This document shows, piece by piece, positions 1 to 12,384 of a stretch of DNA of 64,000 nucleotides (within the stretch, counting starts at the first letter, position 1; every line of letters starts with the position of its first letter). This DNA comes from Piromyces finnis finn. Lineage: Eukaryota; Fungi; Neocallimastigomycota. Position numbers and translations under genes: made by a program. Under the pieces are notes generated by a model. It saw only the letters and a program-made list of their open reading frames with translations, was not told the DNA's origin and searched no databases. The stretch spans positions 1-64,000 of the forward strand of contig MCFH01000039.1 in the NCBI GenBank assembly GCA_002104945.1, given 5' to 3'.

Positions 1-117
1 ATTAAATAAGAATTGAATATATATTTTATAGTTTTGTAGTTTATATATACTATACCCATGTACACATTAATACAAAGTACGCTTGATTAAACCAATAGAA
101 GTACAAGGAAAACATTG

Positions 118-229
118 AAAAAAAAATACTAAAAAATAAAATTCAATTTTAATTCTGAAATCAGTTTATTTAGAAAAAAAAATACTAAAAAATAAAATTC
201 AATTTTAATTCTGAAATCAGTTTATTTAG
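118..229. repeat. Perfect 56-bp tandem duplication upstream of the cyclin gene
   Basis: A9-tactaaaaaataaaattcaattttaattctgaaatcagtttatttag occurs twice, at 118-173 and 174-229. Confidence 0.9.
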
Positions 230-410
230 AAAAAAAAGAAATCAATTTTGAAATCATATGATATTAAATACTAAAAGAATGAAAAAATAATAATAGCAAT
301 AATCTTTTATATCTTTACATTTAAATTTTATTAAAAATTAAAAGAAAAATATTAAAGAAAATTCATTATACCTACAGTTAAATTATAATAGAGATAAACA
401 ATAAATCAAT

Positions 411-2270
411 ATGAATAATTTAGTACAAGATTATTTAGAACCTTTATTAAAGTATCAAAAGAGAAGATGCTTTGAAGAAGAAAATGAAGTTTCCAATGAA
501 ACTGAACATTCTTATCTTCGTTTTTTACCAGATATGAGTGAAGGTTTAATAGGCTTGTGTATAGGTGATATTATGGGAATATTATCATTCATTGATTCAT
601 CCAATAATCTCACCTTACAACAACAACATCTCTTGAAAATATTTATTGAAACTTTGTTAAAAACCTCAAAATCGAGTTTTTCTATTTTTAAACTTTCTAT
701 TTTATATTTATATAAAATTAATAAAAAAATAAGAGAACCAACTGTCTTACAATTTTATAAAAATAATATTTTCAAAAATACCTTATCTATGAAGCCATTA
801 AACCAAGCTAAATTAATATTTGTGGTTATACTTATGATTGCATTTAAATATACAGAAGATCATTGCTTTTATATATCCGCATGGTCAAAAGCTACCGGAA
901 TTAAATCTGAAGTTATACATAAAGTTGAAGTAGAAGTACTAAATATTTTGGACCATAATTTGTTTGTTTCACAAGAAAAATTTGAAGCTTTTTCAAATCG
1001 TATCGTTCAAAAAATAAATAAAATGAAAATTGATTTATTACAATCTGTAAAAATTTCATATGCAAGTAGTAATTACTCTTCTTCTTCAGAAGAAGAAGCA
1101 ACTAATAGTGACTCTTCACTATTCGAAAAATGTAGAAAATGTTGTTGTAAAAGAAAGCAAGACTGCGTTGAAAATTCTTCTTCTTTAAAGAAAAGAAAGA
1201 TAAATAACTCACTTTCGGTAGATACTACAGATAACAGCGATGCAGATAATACTGCAACATTTTATGGTATACCTTCTACTTTGTATGACTATTATAGAAA
1301 TAAGAATGAAAATGAAATGACTAAACAACCTCTTACACCTCCTACACCAAATACATATACTATTCCAAATCCAGTTCAAGCCCCAACCATTATACCTACA
1401 GATAATTTATTAAAAGTAGACTCTTTAATCATTCCAAGTACTCCACCAACAAGTCAAACCTCTATTTTTGAAGATATAGAACGAGAAGAGGAAATAAAGA
1501 AAAATAGGGAAAGAGAATACGAAGAGGAAAAAAAATTACAAAGAAATAGTCATTGTAGTTCTATGGCTTTCATTTTAAATCCTGATGAAAATAAAATACA
1601 ATTTGATTCCGGGGAAAATGCTTGTCCAAATGTACGTAGTAGTAGTAGTTCCATGGCTTTCATTTTAAATCCTGATGAAAATAAGATTCAATTTGATTCT
1701 GGTAAAAATGAAAATTGTAATACCCCTCAAAAATTCATTCCTTATCGTTATCATAATTCTCCCAAATCAAATTTTGCCTACAATAATATTAAAAAAGTTA
1801 ATTTATTGGAAAAGAAAAATGAAAAAACTAGAACTATGCCATCTATAGTATTACCAAATACTTCACCTGTTGGTGAGGTAGCTTCTGTATTCCCATCTTT
1901 ATCAATGATATCGAAGCAACATCAACAACAACAACAACAACATAATGAATGTAATACAATTGAAGATACCAATAATAAACCTAAATCAATTGGATTACAA
2001 TCATTATTAAATCAAAATACATTCACCACAAAATTTAAATCAATTGTCGTAGGTGAATCAGAAAATTCAATGTCAAATACTACTTATCCTTTAGTAAGAA
2101 ATAATTTTATAAACATTAGAAATGATGATACCAAATCCATCCATCATAATAATTTCTCATATCTTAACCAAATTTGTCCTCGTACCGACGAAGATATTAA
2201 CAAACAAAAAATATTATTATCTATTTATAATTGTTATGCCATGAGAAATATTAGACATTATCAAGCTTAA
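411..2270 (+). CDS. PCL/Pho80/Clg1-family cyclin (Pho85-type CDK partner) with long disordered C-terminus
   Basis: Single 619-aa ORF. Cyclin-box motif LIFVVILMIAFKYTEDHCFYISAWSKATGIKSEVIHKVEVEVLNILDHNLFVS matches the Pcl-type LxxAxKYxDD...W...G......E..L..LD..L pattern. Ser/Pro/Gln-rich tail. Confidence 0.8.
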   Translation: MNNLVQDYLEPLLKYQKRRCFEEENEVSNETEHSYLRFLPDMSEGLIGLCIGDIMGILSFIDSSNNLTLQQQHLLKIFIETLLKTSKSSFSIFKLSILYLYKINKKIREPTVLQFYKNNIFKNTLSMKPLNQAKLIFVVILMIAFKYTEDHCFYISAWSKATGIKSEVIHKVEVEVLNILDHNLFVSQEKFEAFSNRIVQKINKMKIDLLQSVKISYASSNYSSSSEEEATNSDSSLFEKCRKCCCKRKQDCVENSSSLKKRKINNSLSVDTTDNSDADNTATFYGIPSTLYDYYRNKNENEMTKQPLTPPTPNTYTIPNPVQAPTIIPTDNLLKVDSLIIPSTPPTSQTSIFEDIEREEEIKKNREREYEEEKKLQRNSHCSSMAFILNPDENKIQFDSGENACPNVRSSSSSMAFILNPDENKIQFDSGKNENCNTPQKFIPYRYHNSPKSNFAYNNIKKVNLLEKKNEKTRTMPSIVLPNTSPVGEVASVFPSLSMISKQHQQQQQQHNECNTIEDTNNKPKSIGLQSLLNQNTFTTKFKSIVVGESENSMSNTTYPLVRNNFINIRNDDTKSIHHNNFSYLNQICPRTDEDINKQKILLSIYNCYAMRNIRHYQA

Positions 2271-2814
2271 TTTTTTTTATTTTTAATTATTTATATTCAC
2301 CTTAGTTTTAATCTTTTATTTTTTTTTTTTTTTTTGTATAAATCATTCATCATATTCTACTACCTACTACATCATCCTTCATTTTTGATAAAAAGAAAAT
2401 TATAATAATATTATATATAGAGAATATATAATAGAATATACCAATTGAATAATTTTTCTTTTTATTTTTGTAAAATTATTATTATTCAATATATTTTTAT
2501 TTTTTTAAAAAAGAAAAACTTATTAATATCCATTATATTTTGTAAAAAAAGAAAATATCTATATTAATTTATACAACAATTTTGTTTTTTGTTTTTACCT
2601 TTGTAAAAGAGAAGAGGTATTAAAAAATAAATACAAATAAGAATAAAGAAATTGTAGATATGAACTCCTATAGGCGTGCATATCTATAAATTATATTAAT
2701 ATTAAAAAAAAAAAAGATTTTTTTTTTTAAATTTGGTGTTTTTTAATGTTGTGGATTAATGTTGTGTTGGTTGTTTTTTTAAAATAAAAGATTTATAAAA
2801 TTTTAAACTCTAGG

Positions 2815-4664
2815 GTGATAAATATCAATCAAGATATTGGTATTGATGAAGTCAAGTCAACTATCCTTTCTACTACTCCAAATTATAAAGCATCAAATTC
2901 GGCAGGATGGTATTCCAATTGGTTCAACGATGGTGATTCGTCCTGAATCAATAGAAAATCAGAACAAGAGAGATCCAACATTTTACTTAGCAGGACAACC
3001 CATTCCAACTACTGATTGCTATACTTATCTTGGTGTTCCATTTGATAAGAATCTGTCCCTTAAACCAGTAATTAAAGCTCTTAATAACAAGGTTTTGAAA
3101 GGGCTTTTCTCAGTCAGTAAATTCTTAAGAAATCCTAATATTCCTATTCCTTTCAAAAAGCTAGTACTTAACTCACAAGTGATTAGCAGAGTTTCATACT
3201 TTGCACCATTACTTGGATCCAACAAAGCTAGGTCTAGGATTGCTCAGAAGCATGTTAACAAAGGAATACGATGGGTTGCCGGAGTTCATAAAGCTGTATC
3301 GTTTATATCTTTATACTCTATTTCAAAAGATTTGAATATTCCTCCATTGTCAGCCAAATGTGCGTTAGCTCAGGTTAGATGTTTTAACAAATGGAAAAAC
3401 TCAAATTGTATTATCTCACACCTTGTAAATTACATTCCTAAATTTAGAAAATACACGTGGTGCAAATCAAGTAGGACACTTGATAAAAAATTAAAGAAAC
3501 ATGGAGATGTTAAAGCAGTTAAAAACTTTTATTGGAAAGATCTCAAAGGGAATTCAATCAAAGCGCAATATTATGATGATAATAAATTTATTGAAACTAA
3601 AGATTTTATTAAATTATGTTATGAGTACCCAGAGTTTGCCTATGGCTTCTACTGGCTATTGAAAGCAAGAAGCGGATACAAGTTGGATGCTAGAGTTGCC
3701 AAAGCTGCCAAATTTGTTGATCCAGTTTGTCCTAACTACTGTCCATGTTGCAAGTGTGAAGATCAAAGTATTAAACATTGGTTATTAGATTGTCCAACAT
3801 TTAGAGATATCCGTATTAAACATTATGATTCCATAGTCCAGCTATTAAATTTTTTCAGTCAACGTAATTCCAATAGTCCTATCAATAATAATGAAATTGA
3901 TAATATCAGTAGAGATAGCAATAACATTAATAGTAATAGTAACAATAGTAGTAATAACAATAGTAATAGTAACAATAGTAATAGTAACAATAGTAGTAAT
4001 AGAAATAATAATATTAGTAATGATAGCAATAGTGAAGATAATAATTCTAATTTAGATAGTAATTTAGTTAATGATAGTAATAGTTCTAATAATCCGGTGA
4101 ATATTAATGTGTATGATTATTCTAGTGTGTGCAGTAAAATATTTAAATTCCTTCTTGGGGGAAGAAGTTTTAACAATATTAATTACAATTCAAGGGAATG
4201 GAAAGAACTTTGTAAGCGTCAGATTCAATCTGATACTAACGAAGGAACACCATTCTTGACGGTAACCGCGGAACTTCTAACCAAAATCATGCCCTTTGCT
4301 ATTGGCCAGCAATGGTCAATGTTCAAAAGGTTTGAAGCAACATCCAAGAGCGTCAATGCTGAAGAAACAGTAAGACAGGCCAGGAGGGCCAGCGCAACCA
4401 ATGGAGATCATAATTTTGTTCCATGACAAAATTTTTGATCTTTGGCTCGGTGTCCCATTGGAAGTCAAATACAATTATTATACTTTAGTATGATAGTGGC
4501 TTTCTTACTTTAATTAAAATTACTAGAATACATTATACCCAATTTTTATTCATTTGTGTTTATTTAAACATATTTTTTTTATTTTTATTTTTATTTTTTA
4601 ATTTTTTATTACATGTATTATAATTTTAATTAAATTAATAATAAAGTTTAAAATATTTGATGCC

Positions 4665-4708
<44 letters not shown>

Positions 4709-6552
4709 TATTCCAATTGAATTTTACAAAAAAAAAAAAAAAAAAAAAAAAGCATTAATTCCTTCAAGTAATGATTCTAATAATGCTACAGATAATAAAT
4801 TACCACTTTAGATAATGATACTCATGATTTAAATTTTAATCATAAATTATTCAACTGTAGTTGGGGATGGAAGACTTCCCCCCTCAGCTCATGGAATGAA
4901 TCCAGTATGCTTTTTTATTCCTAAAAAGGAAGATTTAACAGATGGTGATAACTACCGTGTGGTATATCACTTATCAATAATGGTAAATAAATTGATTTCA
5001 AGAATTATCACCACTCACATTTCAGACTATAGTCTTAAGAATAATTTCATTAGACGAACCCGAACAATTTGGTTTTCGTAGAAAGGAAGAAAGTATCCGT
5101 CTTTTCATTTCAATCCAAGAAATATGTTCGTAGACGTCAATTTGATAATAAAGAAACAAATTTAGCCTTTTTTTTTTTTTAGATTTCAGGAGGAGCATAG
5201 GATTCCATCCCAATCGATAATATTCTCCATAAATTAGGATGGTTTAGGTATATTAGAGGTAAGAGTTTTACAATTTATCAAACCTTTCTATTTAATATCA
5301 AAGGCGAATGTTTCAAATTAGATGGACAATTCTCGAAATCTTTTGATGGGAAGAAAGGTGTCCGTCAAGGTTGTCCACTTTCACCTATTCATTAATTAAT
5401 GCTATTTTTTAAACGTGTGAAGATCTCGGAGGAGGTATTCAATGGTGTGGTGAACTATATTTTTTTTTTGTAAATGATATAGTTATTTCTACTCCTCCAT
5501 CAAGAAGATGTTTAAAAAAAAAAAAAAAAAAAGTTGTTAAAAAGAGTTAACGAAATGGGGCTTTGTCTAATGAAATTGAATTTTAGTATATCCAGAAATG
5601 TTCAACGATGGTGATTCGTCTCGAATCAGTAGAAAATCAGAACAAAAAACAAGAAAGATCCAACATTTTATTTAACAGGAAAACCCATTCCAACTACTGA
5701 TTGCTATACTTATTTTGATGTTCCATTTTATAAGAATTTATCCCTTAAACCAGTAGTTAACACACTTTATAAAAACAAGGATTTCTCAGAAACATGTTAA
5801 CAAAGGAATACGATGGAGTTTGCCGGTGTTCATAAAGCTAGATCATTTATATCTTTATACTCTATTTCAAAAGATTTGAATATTCCTCCATTGTTGGCCA
5901 AATACGCATTAGCTTAGGTTAGATGTTTTAACAAATGGAAAACTTCAAATTGTATTATCCTCATACCTTGTCAATGACATTTCTGAATTTCGAAAATCTA
6001 TATGGTGCAAATCAAGTAGGTCACTTGATAAAAAAATTAAAGAAGCAAGAAGATGTTAAAAGCCGTTAGAAAAATTTTTATTGGAAAGATCTCAAAAGAA
6101 AATGCAATCAAAGCTCAATAGTATGATGATAATAAATCTATTAAAGCTAAAGATTTTAAAGTATGCTACAAGGTACCCTCCAGAGTTTGCCCATGGTTTC
6201 TACTGGCTATTGAAAGCAAGAAGCGGATATAAGTTGGATACTAGAGTTGTAAAAGTTGCTAAATTTGTTGATCCCATTTGACCAAACTACTGGTCATGTT
6301 GCAAGAGTGGAGATTAAAGTATTAAGTGATTGCTCAACTTTTAGAGATATCCGTAGTAAACATTACATTTTCATAGTCCAGCTATTAAATTTTTTCAATC
6401 AACGTAATTCCAACGGGTCCTATCAATAATAATAGTAATAATTCTAATAATTCGGTGAAGATTAACGTGTATGATTATTCTAGTATGTGCAATAAACTAG
6501 TTAAATTCCTTTTTTTTTTTGGGGAAAAAGTTTTAACGATATCAATTTCAAT
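2815..6552 (+). pseudogene. Old, decayed non-LTR retrotransposon (LINE) ORF2, interrupted by a younger copy at 2922-4706
   Basis: Frameshifted RT motifs: QDGIPI|EFYK (split by the insertion), WNES..PKKEDLTDGDNYR (~4893-4960), EQFGFR (~5062), LDFRR (~5180), GVRQGCPLSPI (~5358) and a degenerate DD box (~5468). 5600-6552 aligns by eye with the young copy but carries stops and indels. The 3' end and poly(A) are missing. Confidence 0.9.
2922..4706 (+). mobile_element. Young 5'-truncated LINE insertion: end of ORF2 with CCHC zinc knuckle, 3' UTR and poly(A)
   Basis: Open frame to TGA 4424-4426 containing CYTYLGVPF and CPCCKCEDQSIKHWLLDC. AATAAA at 4640-4645, A39 tail at 4668-4706. Exact 13-bp target-site duplication GGTATTCCAATTG at 2909-2921 and 4707-4719. 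Confidence 0.95.
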
Positions 6553-6860
6553 TTTTCATATCCTAAATATATTAAAAAAAAAAAAAAAAAAGGTATAGTA
6601 AAACAATCTTTACTTTTTTTAACCTATTTGTATTATATCCTCAACTTGACGGAAATATAATCTATGATATTTTAAATAAAGTCGGCAAGGTATCGGGGGT
6701 TGTAGAAATAATTTTTTTTTTTTTTTTTTTTTTTTACTAAGAATAGGCCGATAGAGTTAATTATGTTTGGTAGTGTGGCGGGAATTCCCAAAAGGAAAAA
6801 TTGTTGATTAAACCAAATTATTGTTGAGAAGTATGGACATCGAAAAAGAATAAAATTAGG

Positions 6861-6898
<38 letters not shown>

Positions 6899-6952
6899 TT
6901 TCGTGTTGTGTTCTTTCTTACCTCTACGTTTCATTTTTAATTTTTAATTTTA

Positions 6953-6983
<31 letters not shown>

Positions 6984-7361
6984 TTTTTTAATAATAAATT
7001 AAATTACAAAGTTTATAAAAAAAAAAAAAAAAAAATAATAGAATCATGAAATGATTTTCTAATTTTATTATTATTTATACGATTAGAATAAAAAAAATAA
7101 ATAGGTTTTTCTTTAGTATGATTTTAGTATTACTTTATTTTTTTTAAATTTTTTTCATGGGGGTATTAGCATATATAGAAGATAAATAAATAATTAATTA
7201 AATAAAAAAAAAAAAAGAAAAAAACTCTTCTATGATGTTGATGATCATCTTGATCTTTGTGTGTAAAATTTGAAAACTATAAACAAATTTAATTAAATTA
7301 CGATAAACTTTTTTTTTTTTTTTATATTTAAAATTTTTTATGGATCCATTTTACATTTTTT

Positions 7362-10300
7362 TTAGAAAAATCCATTGATAAACTGTGTTTCCATATCAAA
7401 AAAATTTCGATTCTGTGACAAGGTAAAATTGGCTTCTTTTATTAATTTTTTGAAATTCACGGAAAATCGTTCGGCTGATTTAAAATACATTTCCACACGT
7501 ACTAATTCTTCATAAAAAAATTGATAGGTGGGTTTTGTATCGGTGGTATAGATATGATTGTTCATGTCATCGGTACTTTGATAAACGGCACAATTGTCGG
7601 GGTGATACATGTCATTATGATAAAAATATTTTAAAAGTTTTAGAACCTCGATAAATTCGGCTTTGGTTTTACACTGACCATGATTATCATGAATACAGGA
7701 ATGACATCCTCCACACTTTTCATTAAGATTTTTGTCGTAAAAGGTATCAATAAAGGCATGAAGACTTTCCCGAAGACTAATGTCTTTTTTATCTTTGGTT
7801 TTAATACTGAAAAGCTGGTCAAGTAGTTCATCACAAATATTATAGGTATGAAGATATTCCTCTTTTTCTTTTTCCATTTTTTCCTTGACCTTTTTCTCTT
7901 CCTCAATGAATGTCGATGGTGTCTGTGGTGGAAGGTATGACATTGACGGTGAATACTCTTTATCTTTTACTTTGGAGGGTGTAAGATACCAACTATTTAT
8001 GTTATTATTAGTATTCATAGGAATTGTCGCCTGGCCATTAGGAGGAGGAGGAGGAGGAGGAGAAGAAGAAGAAGAAGAAGAAGAAGAAGAAGGTATCGTT
8101 TCATTATTAAAAGAATCTGAAAATTGTTGCTGCTCCTTCCTGAGTTTTCGGTTAAAGGTTTCGATATTGGTGGAATAGGTCAAATAATTATTTTCTGAAT
8201 TATCCTGACCATAGTTTGCCACATATTTTGCTAGTAGTACAATACCTACTTGATATATTGCTGGAACTACCGGTAATTCATAATATTGCTTTTTATTTTG
8301 ATTAATTTCAATTTGTTTTGATATTCTTGAAAAATAAATGTACTGACTCAACAAATAGTCAATACATTTACAAATAAAATTTCTTAAAATAAATGTAACT
8401 TGATGATAAATACACGAATTCATAAATTCTTTCAACTCACAATCGTTCATTTCTATATACCGATTCTCATTAATATAATACTTATATTGATGTTGATGCC
8501 GGTGTAAATGATGATTTAAAAATAAATTATCCAGGGTTTCTTTAACCCCTTTATGATCATTATTTCCATTAAGAGTAGGAGGATAGGATTTATCATAGGT
8601 AGTTTCGGGGTGAAATAATCCTAGCGTATTGTAATTTTCTCCTCGATAATAGTAATTATTTGGATCATAGGAATTTATTTTTGAATAATCTTTAGAATGC
8701 ATTTCCTCATTTACATTATAATTGATAGGATTAATGGTATAACAACCATTACCACTACTATTCCCATGATAGGAGGTAGTATTAAAATCATAACTATGGC
8801 TATTATTGTTGTTGCTATTATTGTTGGTAGTGATGGTGGTAGTGGTGGTGCCGATAGGGTTAGTATAAGAGATAGAATGAAAATCATCATAACTACTGTT
8901 ATTATTACTATTATTATTATCACTATGATTATATTGAATAGAATTAAAATCAATAGTATTTCTATTGCTATTGTTATTGTTGTCATTGCTGTTGTTGCTG
9001 TTGATATTATTGCTGCTGTTATTTTTGTCATCATTGGAGGAATCATGATACTGTGGATGATCATTATTGGAATGATAATTAGTAATTAAAGGGGAAGGTT
9101 GTTGTTGTGGCGGCGGTGGTGGTGGTGGTGATGGTTGACCATTATTATTGCTATTATTATTGAGATAGTTTATCGACATGTTATTTTTTGGTTCTGATTC
9201 TGAATTTTCAATTTTGGTGGATAAGAGATCATCATTTTTTGAAAACAATACATTATTACCATTGCTATTGATTTGAGGTTTAGGCTGCTGAGACGAATAC
9301 GGATCATTATTATAATGATAGCATTTTGAAGAATCAAGGTCCATTTTTATTTTTTTTTGAAGATTTACAGAGTTATTTGGAGGGTAATAATCTTGGTGTG
9401 AAGAAGAAGAAGATGGGGAAGAAGAAGAAGAAGAAGAAGAAGGATGAATATAATGATCTTCGGAAGGATTAAACGCTCTTTTTGGATGATGTATGGTATC
9501 AAGATAATTTTCCTTTTTTAATTGGTTATATTGATAGTTACTCTCGAAAATTAGTGATCTTTTTTTTTCTTCATCCATTTTATCTGTTGTGGTGTTATTG
9601 CTGTCCTGGTAACCACCGTTATTATGAGTTTGACTTCTTTCATCATATTCACCACTCTTATAGCCATCCTTTAAAGGCGTATAGGTATCATGATACGAAC
9701 CCTTTCCAAAATCTGGAGGATAATAATTTGTTGAATTTTGATAGAGATTATTTAAAGGAGAATTGGCATGCCCAGATTCTTCTTTTTGATTTATGGTAGT
9801 GTTATTACTATTGTCTATGTTACTGTTATTGTTATTAATAGGAGGGGTGGTGGTGGTGGTGGTATTTTGATCTATTTTCCTGAAATTTTGGTGTTTATAA
9901 AAGGTACGATAAAGATTTATATTTTTCTTCTTTATGCTAAAGTGAGGAGAATGGGTTGTTCCATTCGCATTTTTAAAAAGATCTACTTTCAAGTTTGAAA
10001 TTAAATATTTTGACGAAGAAGAATTTAAAATTAATTTTAGTATGACACGGTATAAAAATATTCTGAAACCTAAAAAGGAAGCGTAAAAACGACGTTTGTA
10101 TAAATACATGGGGATAGGATCGGTACGGATAGAATTCTTTTTAAATTTATATTCACTAGGTACGTTTTCATGAAGACTTTCGAAATTTAAATCTTCATTA
10201 ATAAATAGAGAAGATTTAAATTTTATTTTATTATTTTTAACGTTGGTGTAGAGGAAAAGAGAATTTCTTAAACGGGCTAAATTACTAAATGCTATAACGA

Positions 10301-10871
10301 TCCATTTATCGGGTTGATTCATGTAAAAATGAAAATTCAATGATTTTAACGTACTCATCGATAATATTTCCTTTCCTTTAAATTTTATAAATAATAAATC
10401 ATCAATATCGATGCTTCCTGTATACGAATTTATACTATATTTATTTAAGGAGTTGCCACTCGAATGAACCTCATCCATCAAAAAGATTTTTTTTTGATTT
10501 TTAAAAATTTTTAATTCTAAATCGATAAGTTTGGTGACATTAGTGTAGACACGATTCTCTTTTTCCGATACAATCTTTATTAAATTTTCACATTCTGGAT
10601 CATACAATTCAAAATATTCTATCAATCCTGTTGATATCTGAGAGTACATAAATTTAATAATGACGGATGAAAATACGACATTAATATAATTATTTTTTTT
10701 TTCTTCTGTGTAAGCTTCATATTTTGGAATTTCAATATTACTTGTATCAATTTCACATATTTTACATAATGCTGATCTAGAATAACAATAATCCTCTAAT
10801 TCTCCACTATCTATTTTACAAATAGGATTCCAAAATAGTATTATTTTAAGGAAATAAAATAAAATTAATTC

Positions 10872-10934
<63 letters not shown>

Positions 10935-12059
10935 TATATATATATTAAAATAATATTAGTATATCTATTGGTATAATAATTTTTTTCCAAATATTATTTA
11001 AATAAATAAATAAATAAAAAAGATAATATTTACTAATTAGGGATAAAATAAATAAGGATTCGTATATTTGAATATTTCTATTTAAATGTTTGAGATGAGA
11101 GAGTTGTATGAATTGAAGAGAAATTATTTTATATTTTAAAGCGACGTTATAATCACCATAAGGTTTTATCATTTCTGATACTGAATATAAACTAAATAAA
11201 AGGGAGAAGTATACTTCTTTATTATATATTCTATCATTAATGATTTTTAAATTTAAAAATGGTACCAATTCAAAAGTTGAATATTGGTATAAACTATTTA
11301 TTAATTCGTAGTTAATAAGAATGTCATATTTTGATTCTTCACTGTTCAAGAGTGGTGCGTCAATAGGTATTCCTTGGTGAAGATAATTACATGCAGAAGA
11401 AAAACTTTCTTTTAGATTACAAAAAAAAAAAAAAGTATATAAAATGAAAGATAATTTAGAATTAGAGAAAATAATGAGTAAAAAAAAAAATGTATTTATA
11501 TTTACTGAAATGGTCAGCTTCGTTAAATTTAACTTTTCTTCCTATTTTTCAAAAAAAAAAAATAATAAAGTAAAAACAAAAATAACATAGAATAATATAT
11601 AAATAAAATTTTAAAAAGAAAAATAACAATTATATGATAAAGAAAATCAAATTTAGTATACTATTATTATCTTTATAATAAATAGTTATAAAATAAGAAT
11701 ATATATTAATTATATACCTCTTTTCTTTGTGACAGAATAAGTACATTCGATATTGTTATATATACATTTTTGACAAGGACGATCGCCTGTACATTTTACT
11801 CTTTTTAATTTGCAGCTATAATAATAATATGTAATATATATTTTATATATTTTGTTAATATTTTATTTTACTTGATAGGATAATTTGTTTTAAGTTCAAT
11901 ACATTGTATATTCTATATATGTATATATATTTAGCAAACACTATTTTCTTTTATAATAATAATAAGAAAAAAGAATAAATGTATATAGACATAAAAAGAT
12001 AGTTACTAATTACAAGCTTGAGTTACTCTTTTTGATTTTTTTTTAGTTGGTTGTTCCAT
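7362..12059 (-). CDS. Zn(II)2Cys6 (GAL4-type) fungal transcription factor, multi-exon
   Basis: Exon 1 (12059-12007, MEQPTKKKSKRVTQACN) spliced to exon 2 (11815-11718) gives C-NY-C-KLKRVK-C-TGDRP-C-QK-C-IYNNIE-C followed by KKRGRK. Further exons lie near 11540-11505 and 11410-11035, and a last exon runs ~10810-7362 with poly-N/S/P/T/H tracts. Internal boundaries are approximate. Confidence 0.88.
10872..10933. repeat. (AAT)n microsatellite in a transcription-factor intron
   Basis: Pure AAT run. Confidence 0.9.
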
Positions 12060-12352
12060 TTGAAAGTCTTTTTTAATAATTATATAGATATGAAATAAAA
12101 GAGCATAACTTTTTATTAAATAAATAAAAAAATAACAATGATTTTTATTAAAATGTATTATTGTATTTATGTATGTATGTTTTATTATTATTTTTTTTTA
12201 ATTCTTTTTTTTTTTCTTTTCTTTTTTTTTTTATTAGTACACATAGTTATCTCTACATGTTTTTATTTTGTTATTATTTTGCTATTAAAAATAATAAACA
12301 TTTATTAATAAAAAATGATATATACTTTTTTTTTTTATTTACTTTTTTCAAT

Positions 12353-12384
<32 letters not shown>

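Noticed and set aside
2837-2921. N-terminus of the 529-aa ORF in the track
   Set aside because: Chance fusion of old-element flank and TSD to the truncated young LINE; not a real start
4359-4400. CTGAAGA resembling a hammerhead ribozyme core in the LINE tail
   Set aside because: No stem II followed by GAAA, and no closing helices found
7640-9998. Alternative-frame and antisense ORFs over the transcription factor (likewise over ABCB, LHS1 and RPS0)
   Set aside because: Shadows of biased codon usage and low-complexity coding sequence, with no independent motifs
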